Assembly (NCBI RefSeq): GCF_036971445.1
Contig: NC_091470.1
Span: 71,486,001 to 71,550,000 of the forward strand
Reading direction: 5' to 3'
Length of the DNA: 64,000 nucleotides
Source of the DNA: Narcine bancroftii
Lineage: Eukaryota
The translations under genes and the position numbers were made by a program. The notes under the pieces are model-generated. The model ran no database searches, had not been told where the DNA came from, and saw nothing but the letters and a program-made list of their open reading frames with translations. This document shows positions 25,350 to 37,900 of the stretch, piece by piece (positions within the stretch are counted from its first letter, which is position 1; each line of letters begins with the position of its first letter).

Positions 25350-25700
25350 CTGTTGGAAGAGAGAAAAAAAAACTGTTCTTGAACTTCGAGGTACTGATCC
25401 GTACCCAAAAGTGGCAGTGGCATCTAACAGATTGTGTCCAGGGTGACGGGGGTCCTTTATGATGTTGGCTGCTTTCTTGAGGCAGCACCTCAAATACCCG
25501 TCTTCAATGGATGAATAACCATGATGCAAACAATCCATCCGTAGACGTTTGAGAGTATACGACAAATGTCAAATTTATCTTTTTCCACAATTGATTTGAC
25601 ATGCTGGCTAAATTTAAAATAGATGGGACTCCCAGGAACTTGAACATACTAGCTTTATATATCTGCTCCATCAATGCAGACAGGTTTAATGTAACTTTTT
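25350..25700 (-). mobile_element. Rex1/Babar remnant
   Basis: CLKKAANIIKDPRHPGH peptide. Confidence 0.65.
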
Positions 25701-25914
25701 AAAATCTTAAAGCAGTTAAAATAGATCCAAGCTCTTGGCCATGTAATAAAATCCAAAAGAGTGAGGTACCATTAACCCACAATTATGACCTGATTGGGAT
25801 TGCTAAAACATGATGACAGGGCGACCAGGATTGGGAATATTATATTCAAGGGGTGAACCATGAAAGGAAAAAAAGTTGGGGTCGGTTAACACAATAGTAA
25901 GGAAGAAGAAGACC

Positions 25915-26100
25915 GCAGAGCCCACCTCACTGACAAAAGGCAAAGGAGGAAAAACCCAACACCCAACCCCAACCCACCAATTTTCCCCTGCAACCGTGTC
26001 TGCCTGTCCCGCATCGGACTTGTCAGCCACAAACGAGCCTGCAGCTGATGTGGACATTTACCCCCTCCATAAATCTTCGTCCGCGAAGCCAAGCCAAAGA
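25915..26100 (+). mobile_element. RTE 3'-end copy (about 190 bp)
   Basis: Near-identical to 5795-5990; flanked by AAGAAGAAGACC at 25903-25914 and 26101-26112. Confidence 0.9.
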
Positions 26101-26547
26101 AAGAAGAAGACCATCAGCTGAGATAACATGGAATCTGGATATGGAACACCAGAGGGCAGCAAACTTTAGTAGGAGTACTGTAGTACACAGACCACCAAAC
26201 AATAGTTGAGATCTGGAATGGCATCAAACAATAAGTCAGATTATCTGAATGATTATGATAAATTGGGAAAAGGGGAGGTACGAAGAGACATGGGTGTTGA
26301 GGTGCATCAGTCATTGAAGGTTCTCCAGCAGACAAAGAAAGCAAAAAGCATACAGGTATTCATTGTTAGATTTGAATAGGGAAGCAAAAAGGTCTTATTG
26401 CAGCTGTATATGGTTTTGGTAAGATCATCTTACCAAGAGATGATCATTGTGTGTAGAAATGATCACCTATTGAAGGAGTGCAGCAAAGATTCACCAGACT
26501 GATTCCTGGGATTGCAGAAATGACATATGAAAAAAGACTAGCGAGAC

Positions 26548-27136
26548 CAGCCATTCTCAATCTGGGAGGGGTGCACGGTACATTCAAGGGGAGATACGGA
26601 CTAAAATCCTTAATAAAGGGGCTCCAAGGTAATGGGGGGAATCATTGAAACTGAATGGATTAAACATTTTTTGGGGAAAAGAAAGAACTGCTAGGCTTTG
26701 CTGTAGAGATGGCAAGCAATGTGAGAATTTTTCAAGGCTGCAGGAATTTGGAGACTACTTAGAATAACCCGGATAAATGCAGAAAATTAACTGTTTCAGA
26801 GCTTGCTTCGACATGATTTTGACTGTCATGGAACCAGATTCAGCAATGAATGACCTTGCATGTAGTTTTCCTTTTTTTAATATCACCTTCAATTCCTGGA
26901 AATAAGTCTGCACACTGAAGTTTTGCTCCACAGTATTCAGTTGTTATGCTCAGAGTAAAAAGCCTTTTTTTCTTTTCACCTCACGTACCAAATATTTTTT
27001 TGTTTTTTTTTTATGTAGACAATAGGGAGAGAACAGAAGAAACTAGCTAAACTTTACTGCTTCACAGAAAGGGGGCCCATAAACTTTGAGCAGAGTCCTA
27101 AGGGGGCCACAGCCAAAAAAAAGTCAAGACCAACTG
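26548..27136. mobile_element. hAT (Charlie-like) non-autonomous element nested in a decayed CR1 (about 26270-27465)
   Basis: Termini CAGCCATTCTCAA / tcaagaccaaCTG; imperfect 8-bp TSD agcgagac/ggctagac; CR1 sequence continues on both sides. Confidence 0.55.
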
Positions 27137-27472
27137 GGCTAGACTACAATTGTGCTTGGTGGAATTCAAAAATTCGACATGGTTAGTTGAAAGAAGAATA
27201 TTCCTGATGTTGGCAAAGTCCAGAACAAGGGGCCACAATCCAGGGATAATGGGTAAGCCGTTTAGGCCAGAGATGAGGAGAAATCTTTTCACTCAAAGTT
27301 GTGAACTTGTGGAACTACTGTAGAAAATTGTTGATGCCAGTTTGTTAGATATATTCAAAAGGAAGTTGGATGTAGCCAAGAAAACAGAAACTAGATACTG
27401 CGGTCCTATGATTCTATTGAATGGTGGAGCAGGCTCAAAAAGTTGAATGGCCTACTCCTGTATCTCCATTCC

Positions 27473-28221
27473 AAAGTTCCTTTTATTCTGATGTAATAAT
27501 ATAAAAATGTAATATGGATGATACATTTCAACTGTAAGGCAAACAATGAGTTGCCATAAGTATTGCCTGGCTCTCTATCAGTCGGAGAAAGAGAACCAAA
27601 GGAGAGTCCCTTCAGAGACACTGATTGTCCTTGGATTTGCCTCCAGCGCTCCCACAACCTCTGCAGCTGCACTGACTCCAATTCAAACCCAAGCTCAAGA
27701 TACAAATCTCTTTAATGATTAGAAAGTCTTCAGCACCCAAGGTCCTCCTTGCCCTCAGCTCCCTCCAGAACCCCAGTACTGATACTTGGCTCCCATTAGC
27801 CAGTCTCCAGCAGCACACAGCCTGTATTAGTCCTCAGATTGCTAGTCACCAACTGCCGACAGCCTTTATGGGATTTTCAGCAGCTGAGTTCCTCGCTGGT
27901 CCTCTGCTGTAGTCGTCCTATAGGGTCGTCTCCTATAGTTGGAAGGGATGGGGGAAGGGGGGAAATGTTCTTCACATTTTTGGTCCCCTTCACTGGTCCG
28001 CTGTTCCCCTGGAGTCTGCCACCCTTGTGGTACTTTGCCCAGCCAGGCTTCAACATGTTGGGCATAGACTCTGTAGTTGCAGGATTTAAAAAAAAAATCA
28101 CCATCAACCCCTTTAAAAGGTCTTTTAAAGCCAAATGAAGCTGCCAGAAGCCCAGTAAAGCAGCCCTATGTCTCCACTCCTTGCTCTCCCAGGTGTGCAC
28201 CAGCAGCAGGACCGCCATTTT
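27473..28221 (-). repeat. Unclassified repeat with a Rex1-like tail, beginning AAAATGGCGG on the minus strand
   Basis: Homologous to 21062-21685 and to 63073-63400 (opposite strand). Confidence 0.5.
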
Positions 28222-28372
28222 TATTCCATGCTCAACATTCCTGTGTTTATTGGTTGCATTAATATATATTTATCAAAAACAAACCCTCTAAATTGAAAGC
28301 AAACATAAAAGATTTACTGAACAATCCCATTTAAGAAGCTAAATACATGACGTGAATGTCGACAGTATTTTT

Positions 28373-28378
28373 TTTATT
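28373..28378 (-). terminator. Candidate KATNBL1 polyadenylation signal AATAAA (alternative at 28246-28251)
   Basis: AATAAA on the minus strand about 570 nt after the stop, in AT-rich unique sequence. Confidence 0.4.
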
Positions 28379-28950
28379 TAAGTGCAAACTCCCATGAAAT
28401 GTCTACTTTAATGGTTAAATTAAAATAATACAGTACTATGCACATTTTGTTAAGGTCACCTTGCTGACATGATTAGTAAACTCCATGCTCAACTATGAAA
28501 CATTACTGAAATTATAACTTAGTGGTGCACTGCCACTTGCAAACTTTACAATGTTGAATCAAAAATACAGAAAATACATTCATAGTATCCAAGTGCACTG
28601 AAGCAGCAGTTCAGTGGCAGCTGATTGGCACTGGTATGAAGAACACAGATCTCCTGTCCAAGTTAGACTGTACAAATCTGGAACGCAAAACAGTGTCACT
28701 TTGTCAGCTCATGGAGTCGAGTTACGTGCCTCTCGGCTAATAAACCACTTCAATGTGAAGTAGGTTCGTATGGTTCAATAGTGGTTTGAGAACATTCTAA
28801 GCAACGAATGCAGTGCTGAGTTTACTGCTGACCACTCCCTGCAATGCTGATTTCACATACATTTCAAGAAACAAGGTTTATGTGGCGTTGTAAAGCAGAT
28901 GCTACTGCTGATGGTCCTGGAAAATCAAGTCCCCCGGATGCTGAATATAC

Positions 28951-28983
28951 TTAGTATAACTGCTCCAGGTATGTTCCCACATT
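28951..28983 (-). CDS. KATNBL1: KATNBL1 last coding exon (33 nt including TAA)
   Basis: ttttatttctgcag|[10 protein letters not shown]; aligns to human DVDAYLLQLH*. Confidence 0.9.
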   Translation of the reverse strand, partial: NVGTYLEQLY

Positions 28984-31900
28984 CTGCAGAAATAAAAAAA
29001 CCCATCAAATCATTAAACTAATTCTTGCATGAGCCTTGAGAAGTTCATTAGCAATTTTGGCTACTTGTCAGATTTAGGTGGCTGTGAGATAACTTCACAT
29101 CATTGTATTATCAAGTGTAAGGTACATTCTAAAAGATGGTGTTATAACATATTCTTAAATCTGATAATTAGTCTATTTATAGTGCTGGAAGATTGAAGTA
29201 CAAGTTTACCCATCTTTGAATACAGCTTCTTGGATAAATGCTACATATGCTGCTGGCTGGAATAACTAAATCCCTACAGCGGGGGGGGGGGGTGCAACGC
29301 TGGATCTCCTCCTAGGCAATGACATAGGGCAAGTAGTGAGCTCTTTGGGATCAGTGACCATAACTCCATTGGTTTAATATGAAAGATATTGGTAAATTAA
29401 AAAGGATGCACAGGAGATTCACCAGGATGCTACCACATTTAGAGAGCTTAAATTATATAGAGAGAGGTTTGAGAGTCTTGGGTCTTTATTCCCCAAAGTG
29501 TAGGAGTGACCTTAGAGGCTTTTAAAATATGAGGAGCATGGATAAAGTCAAAACTCAGTCTCTGCCCCCCCCCCCCCCCCCCCCCACTACAGGCTAGATG
29601 ATTCTAGAGCTAGGGGATACAAGTTTAAGGTTAGAAGTGAAAGATTTAACAGAGACCTGAAAGGCAAACCTTTTCACTCAGAAAGTGACCCATGTCTGGA
29701 ACAAGCTGCCAGAGGAAACTAGAAATTGATACAAGTTTTGACATTCAAAAGATATTTGAACAGGTTTATGTTCCACGCTGTCGGAATCTACTTGATTAGG
29801 GATGTACTTGATTTTTACATTTAAGGAAATCAACCAATTTTATTTTTCATGATGGCTTGAAAAAAAATTACAATTTTTGCAGACCAGATAAAGGAATGCC
29901 TGATATTTTCTTATTTGCTAATCAAAATAAATCTAAAAGTCATTGTATGATGAACTGAACAAAACTAATAGCAAGAAGAGTTGAATGACATTATATTTTC
30001 TGTTGTAAATATGCATACTTCCTAACAACTGTTGTAACAATAACACTGAAATTACCAAGATGTTTGTTTTCAGGCTTATGCATTCAGTGGACAAAGGCTT
30101 AAAAAATGTAATGGCTTTAATGTGCAAATTCAGCTACAGGACTTGAAATAACTTTTTAAAATAAATTTATGGATTGGACATAAAATTACAAAATTTGGTT
30201 ATGGAAATAATGAAGTGGAGGGAAGTGCAAAAGAGGGATTCAATTTGCATGATACAGGTACACAATCCTTTATCCGGAACCCTTAGGGGACAGTGTGTTC
30301 CGAATTTCAGATTTTTCTGGATTTCGGAAAGCCAGAGCTGCCTATCCATCCCCACCCCTTTCCAGTCGCCTTGCGCTGCCGTCTCCCCCCACCCCCCCGT
30401 CCGCCTGACTCGCGCTGCCGGTCTCCCCCCCACTCGCCCGCCTGACTCACACTGCCGTCTCTCCCCACTTGCCGGATTTTGGAGCTTTCTAGATTTTAGA
30501 TGTCCAGATAAAGGATTGTGTTCCTGTACGAGCCATGAGTAACGGAGCCAAATCCTTTCCTTCTATATACTGTCAATCATTTGATGATGTTTTCATTGGC
30601 CAAGGGGAGGGACTATGATTTGTTTTAGAATTAAGAAAGAGCAAATTTAATTGTGGTTACCTTGTATCAAATTGTCAGATCAAGCCAGAATAATGAAAAA
30701 TAACAAATTTGTAACAACGGCAGCTCCAAAACATTGGTTACCATTTACTTCCTATGGAAGTTCCATGACCTGCTGAGTTTCAGCGAAATGTTTTTGTTAA
30801 CCTTATCAAAATACCATTTAAGGAGCAAAATCTCACTATTGAAGCGATTTGAACTCAGCATTTATGCATTTATACACATGAAAAAATGTAGAATGCACAA
30901 AATGCCTACTTAAAATGTCCAGAAATGCCAGAAGGTCCAAGCAGCTCTTAGGGAGAAACCCATCAATTCTATTCCCCATTCATTTCCCTATACCCTTGCA
31001 ACTTATCCTCGTATATATCGAAAAACTTCCCCATGATTCCATTTCTGCAATCAAGCCCCCCCCCCCACCTTTAAGGGATAAACTATAATTGCCCAGTAAA
31101 TCTACCAGGTCTTTAGGATGAGAGAGGAAACACGAGTTCAGGAATGAACTTGGATCCATGGACTACAAAAATCCTCATCAATACAATTCACGCAGGATTA
31201 AACAGCAATACTTCTAAATATACAAGAAAAATGTAGGCTCTGTAATACCAAGGTGGCAAGTCACTGTTACTCCCAAACACAGGGCACAATATTTTGCTCA
31301 AAGCTGTTAGTTCCACTGATAGGAATCCTGAACAAGTGCTGAATTTTTGCTCAACTGATCACCAATCCAAGGACAAATCCCCACTTCTATGGACTTGTGT
31401 AATCCAGAACGAAAATGCAAATGTTTAAAGATTTCCTAATATGAGGGTTAGAAAGCCAAGTCGATAACTTTATTCTCATATTTAGTAGTTTTTGAAGATT
31501 TTTAAACTTTTGTAAATGTCAGGGGCATTTCATTGAGGCCTAACTAGATACCAAAGCAATTCTTTGGGAATGACCTTTCAGTTTTTATGCAGTGGGCCCT
31601 ATGCCATGCTTTGTCAATCATGTGGCAGTCTACTTCCTGGCAGAAGAGTGCACTCGAGGTGCCAGTCAGTCCAGGTAGATGCATGCTTCAAGAGCATGAG
31701 CAATAATATTGAAGAGTTCAATGGTCAGTTGAAGATTGACCCTGATTTCTTCTCTTTGAAAATATTTAATTTTAGCATGAGTGTTGATAAGAGGCTTGTC
31801 TTCAGAATTTAGTTATTAATATCTCAAATGTTTTGCTGCACCACAACCTTTATTGTGCTTTCCATACATGGATTAAACCTAATTAATTATTTCTGCTTCA

Positions 31901-34900
31901 TGTTTCTTGATTTTAGTTCTGAGAGAATTATTAGAATTAGACAGAATTGTTTAATTTGATTGGTTACAAATACAGATTCTAACTGGTCACGAACCTCGAA
32001 GATCCCAAAAGGGCGAAATAATGAATTGAAGTTTATGAACAACTTGCAAGTTGCCCTTCAAAATCTCAGAAAAGTTGTGAAGAATGGAAGGGGCCGGTGC
32101 TGCTCCAGTGGTAAACACTGAAAAACACAAAGACACTAAGATAAACATTTCTTACCTTAGCTACTTTTCCAGTATACCCTGGAACTGAAGATAGATGATA
32201 GCCCTGTTCCCGTAGTTGTCGTAACTGATCTTTCATAATCACAACGTTTCTGGAAGAAATATTTCAATTCTAAATTTCAAATGGTCCTGATTAATAATGC
32301 TGATGGATAAAATATTTAGAAATACTGCATGTTTAAATAAGTATTAAATATACCATTTTGGGAACAGTTACTGTAAATGATAACATTCCAATATGCACCT
32401 TATAATGAGACCGAAATTGGCTGATGGGCCACAATCTGTTTCTGTTAGTCCTTCTCAATTGATGAATTCTTCACAGAGAGCAGCAGTAAATGATCTATCA
32501 TTAATAACTACATTATAGCCCTTGCTTCTTTGGAATAAATTCACAATAATGCAAATACCAAGCTAACAGTAGCTAACTGAAAGTTTACAAGTGTTTTTTT
32601 TTACACTGTTGGTTGCTTTCAACTAATATTTGGTTAAAAAAAAATCAGCCAGCATTTTTCTTGGTCAAGTGGGAAAATTAAGTTCTGTAAATTAATTTCT
32701 TTTGGGAGGGGTGATTGCTAGAAGAGGATATTTGAATAAATAGTTCTTCATTCATTTAAAAGGTAAAATGAGTTTTTGCTTACTGGTCTTCCACACGAGT
32801 GGCATCATTATTTTTTGATTTTGTGGATAGCTCTGGCCACCATCGTTTAAGGACAGCTCGGAGCCAGTTCAAACCAACAATCAGGTATCTGTAAAAAAAA
32901 CACGTAAAAATGGTTTAGGTCTTTTGCTATTACACATTTTAACAGATATGAAAAAACATAGATCTTTTTCATAAAATTTAAGAGTTATGATGATAACGAA
33001 GGGAACCGTTGAATTTTAGTTTTCTACTTAGTCTGATACAGATAAACTAAGTGAAATTTGTTCCCATAATCACTTGGTTATCATGCAAAGAACAAAATAA
33101 AATTTCTGTGGACATGGTTTAATTCATTTTCCAAGACATGAATAGGCAAGTTGCAGATGCGATTCAAGCACAAACAAATTGTTATAAATCAGTGGTTCTC
33201 AACCTTTTATTTCTACTCACATACCACTTTTAAGTATTCCCTATGCCATAGATTGCTTAAGGTGGTAGGTGGGTGGAAAGAAAAAGTTTGAAAACCACTG
33301 TTTGAATCGTACCTCATTGACTCGTGATGTGCACGGTTTCATAACTCCAAAGGAAATGGGCCAATGACAATTTTTCTCAAGCAAATTATTTCAGTAACAA
33401 TTGGATCGAGAGCAGTGATTCTCAACCTTCCCTTCCCACCCACCTTAAGCAATCGCTTAGTAATCACAATGCACTTATGGCATAGGAATTCCTTAAAGTG
33501 GTATGTGAGTGGAAAGAAAAAGGCTGAGAACCACTGTTATAAACCCTGCTGGAAGATATGGTTAAGGAGTTAGGCAGCATTTAAAAAATAATTGTATCAT
33601 AGTGAACAGCGTTAATGTAAACTACCACCAAAAGATCAAGCCCTACCAAACCAAGTCATGCCTCCCTACTGAATTTCTCAACAATATGGAATTTGCATTG
33701 ACCTTTATACTTATTATTTGCTAATCTTTCAGGCATTCATCTGAACTCAGACTCACCTGATGTATTCATGGTGCACCAGCCAATTTTGTTTTGCTATATG
33801 AAGTTGCAAACTCAGATCCTGCTGCTTACACCAACCCAATACAGACTTCACGTAGCTGCCATGCTATGGATTTCATGAATAAAACAGCAAGAGATCCATC
33901 AGGATTTCTTAAAATAAGTAGTTTGTCAATGAGTTACAATGTAAAATAAATTGGTTATAATTTATTAAAGTGCCAAGAGCCAAGGAAATTGTCAGATATT
34001 TTTCTCCAAAAACTCATCTTTTCTGTGCTGAAAAATATTGTGTGCCATCCTGATGACCATGCAATAGGAAGGATATTATGCGGGAAAGGCTGCAGAAAAG
34101 GCTTATCAGGATTGTACTGGTACACAAGACTTGACTTATAAGGAGACATTTGATAGAATGATTTTTTTTCTCTGAAGTGTGGCAGGCCAAGGGGCAATCT
34201 TATGGTTCATTGAAATCTTGAAGAGTACACACAAGGTGAATGATCGGCCTTTTTCTAAGGATAAAGGAGTTCAGAATAGAAGGTGTAGGTTTAAAGTAAG
34301 TGGAAAAGATTTACAAAGATGGAGGGGCATTTTGTTGGATGAAGCACCATCCAATGAGTTTGGAAGCATTTGCTCGAACTTGAGCAGATAAGATGTTCCT
34401 ATACACCTCAGAATTCATTTTGCTACTGCCATCAGCAGTTACATTATCAATGAAGATAAGTGCCCCAGTGCCTGTGGCAGTCATATTTGCCCAGGCCATA
34501 ACACCCCCCCCACCCCCACCATGTTTCACAGATGAGGTGGTATGCTTTGGATCAAGATTCTTTTACACCTTCACACTTTGCTCTTGCCATCACTCTGATA
34601 CAGGTTAATCTTGGTCTCATCTTTTTCCAGAATTCTGAAGGCTTTTTTAAATACTTCTTAGCAAACTGTAATCTGGCCATCATGTTTCTATGTCTAACTA
34701 GTGGTTTGCATCTTGCAGGGTAACCTCTGTATTTCTGTTCATGAAGTCTTCTTCAGACAGAAGTCATTACTATATCCACACCTACCACCTGAAGAGTGTT
34801 TCTGATCTTTCGGACAACTGTTTTGGGATTTTTCTTCATTATAATGAAAATTCTTCTGTTATCAGCAGTGAAGGTCTTCCTTGGCGATCACCGAGTTCAC

Positions 34901-37900
34901 CAGCACACTTTTTCTTCTTAATGATGCTCCAAACAGTTGGTTTTGGTTATCCTAAGGTTTGGGCACTGTTTTATTCTTGTTTTTAAGCCTCATAATGGCT
35001 TCTTTGACTTTCATTGGCACAACTCTGGTCCTCAAGTAGAAAGATGGCAATTTCAGACTTCAAAGGTGATCAAAAGCTTAGAAGCAAGCCAAGCTCTCTT
35101 ATACCGGCACCAAAGAAGTAATTCAAGATACCTGAATATTCAGAAATACCTGTGAAGCCAAATGTCCCAAGCATTAGGGTGCCCTGAAATGGGGGAACTA
35201 TGTATAATCAGAACTGTAATTTCTACACGGTCAAACCAAACGGTGTACAAATAACCTTGAATAAAATCTGGGTGTGCACTTAAAAATCACATGTAAATTG
35301 ATTGATTACAAATTTAAAACTGTGGAGCACAGGGGCAAATAAAGGGATAAAGTGTCTTTGTCCCAAACATTATGGAGGGCACTGTATATCTCAATCAACA
35401 TACAAATTGTCTTTGCAACCACTGTGAATTCTCCTCCTCCAGTTTTCTAATTCTTAATCCAAAAAGATATAACAAATGCAGAGTAATGCTGTTTTTTTTT
35501 AGAATTTCAGTTATACTTACTCTTCAAACCTGCTTCTTAGTAATTCTTGTACTAATGGTAACAGATCAACACAACAACCCATGGAGATGCTTTCTTTTTC
35601 CTCTTCCAGACTATAACCAAAACAAAATAAAAATTAATTGTAAAAACCACTAGCAACCAATTGGCAAATCTTATTATGGTATGTCACATGTTACCTCTTC
35701 GTCAGTATAGGTAGACAATCTGCAACAACAGCAGTGTCCCGTATCCTACAGGTAACAGAAAGATTCAATGTTATATACAAATACCTCAAGCACTAAAACA
35801 CCAACTAAAATAATTACATTGATATAAAATAATGCACTACTTCTTTAACTTTGGATCTTCCAATTACATATTGCATTCATAACAATAATAATGAAAGTTT
35901 ATTGTGTAATTATGTAAATGTATTAGTGGAGAGGAAGCCATCCAGTAATGAAGATGAAATATGATGCAGGAAAATTACCTGACCAAGTAAGCCACCAGCT
36001 CACTTGCACTTTTTTGCCAGAAAGTCAGGGCTACACTAAGCCTTAGGTTTCTACCAAATAGCACTTGTGTCATAGTAGCATGATCTTTGGAAATCTGTAA
36101 GATTAATAGAATCAAACATTAATATTGAGTCAGGACAAAAAATGGCAACTTTTACACTTTTGGCCCAGAAATTATTGATTGGTAAAGTTCGTCACTTACA
36201 CTGTCCTTGAAGAAAACTCCCAACAAAGATCTAGCAATGGCAGTGATAAATATTTCCTTTTATCTCACAACTTTTGCTACCGGGTTTCATACAAGTTGAG
36301 CTATTTTCTCTATCACCAAGATCATTTACAAGTCGGTTACATTCCATCTCTAATCCTGCCTCAACTTACTTGCTGCTCAAACCTTCCATCTCTCATTTAT
36401 CTACAAATCTTTTCTATTCTAATCTTCTTGTTAATATGCCTATCCTTCTAACTTGTGAATTTCAGATGACCCAACAGCTTGTATAATGTATGGAGAAAAA
36501 AAAGTGAGGGCCACAACTAATAAATCTGGTTGTGAATTGTGCTAACATCGTAACAAGAAACAGATTAACATGGAACACAGCAGTGATGACACACAAGTTT
36601 CAGGAACTTCATTCATTACATTATCGTGTGCACCCATCATTTAATTAAGTGATACAGCACAGCCCACAAACATGTGCCATCCAGATAACCAATTAACCTT
36701 CTCACCTCATACATCTGAAATCTGTAAGGAAACCAGAATACCTGAAGAAAACATATGCAGACAGAGGGAGAATGTACAAAGACCTTACAAACAGTATCAG
36801 ATTATTCTGTAATGAACCCAGTAATTAGGTCTTTGCAAAGCTTATTCTGTAATCAAAACTAAGTTTTTCTGTAATTATGTCCATTAAGTCTACAAAACCT
36901 ATACCAAAATCATGTTCAGGAGATCAGCTTTAAATGGTCTACTCATGTCAAACACTTAATAAATCTACTGTTGTGTCGAACACCAATCCTGCACTGTCTT
37001 TCTCTTTTCTCCTTCAACAGCAATCCCCCATCACACATTTTTGATGCGCATTGACTTGAGCATCAAATTACATTTAAATTACATATAAAATTCATGCTCT
37101 TGCCCCTCCCACATCCTTTTCCAGGCCTATAATCCTCCCAAAAATCTGCATTGCTCAAAAAATGTCTTTGTTCTTCATTATTCTGCATCATTCCACCATA
37201 GATCATGTCTTGGTGCATAGGACAAAGCTTTCGGATTCTCTTTATCAAGCAGAAAAATAAACCGAAACTCACTTTTGTTTAACCAAGCATTTAGACACAT
37301 CCCAAATGTCCTTCATCTTTCGATACTTAATTTTATTAATTAAAGCTTCTCATTTAAAGCAGCACCATTACCATAAAGATGTTTTGCATGCATGTCTCTC
37401 ACTTAAAATCAGTAAGCCATGCACATCTGTGACATATGAATTAAGAGGAGTTTGCCACTCAGCCTCTCAAGTCAGCACCACCATCCAAGATAATAAGCAA
37501 ATCTGAATGAAACCTCAACACTGCATTCACATCTACCAATGGAAATCTTTGATTCCTTCTTGTCGATAGTCTATCCAATTCTGCATTAAAAATATTCAAG
37601 ACAGCTACCACCACTCTTGTAGTTCTTATTTTATTTCCATCTTAAATGACTGACTCTTCATTTTCAAAAAGGATCCCTATTTCTCAATTCTCCCACAAGA
37701 GAAAACATTCTCTCTTCATCCCGACAGACCCCTTATGATTTTATATTTCAAACAGCACACCTCACTTATAGGTTCCAGTGATTATAAAATTAGCCTGTGC
37801 TACCTTCCTTCAAGAACAACCATGCTCAGTTAACGCAGCCACCGCCCTTTCAACAGATGTGTCTGATGCGGACATAGGGGGCGCACTGCAGCAGTATGTT

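Noticed and set aside
31564-32110. Short plus-strand ORFs in the last KATNBL1 intron as exons of a nested gene
   Set aside because: No convincing splice signals and no similarity to any protein I recognise.
33755-33900. Strong minus-strand donor CAG|GTGAGT near 33757 as an extra KATNBL1 exon
   Set aside because: The KATNBL1 reading frame is already complete without it, and the upstream sequence gives no matching peptide.
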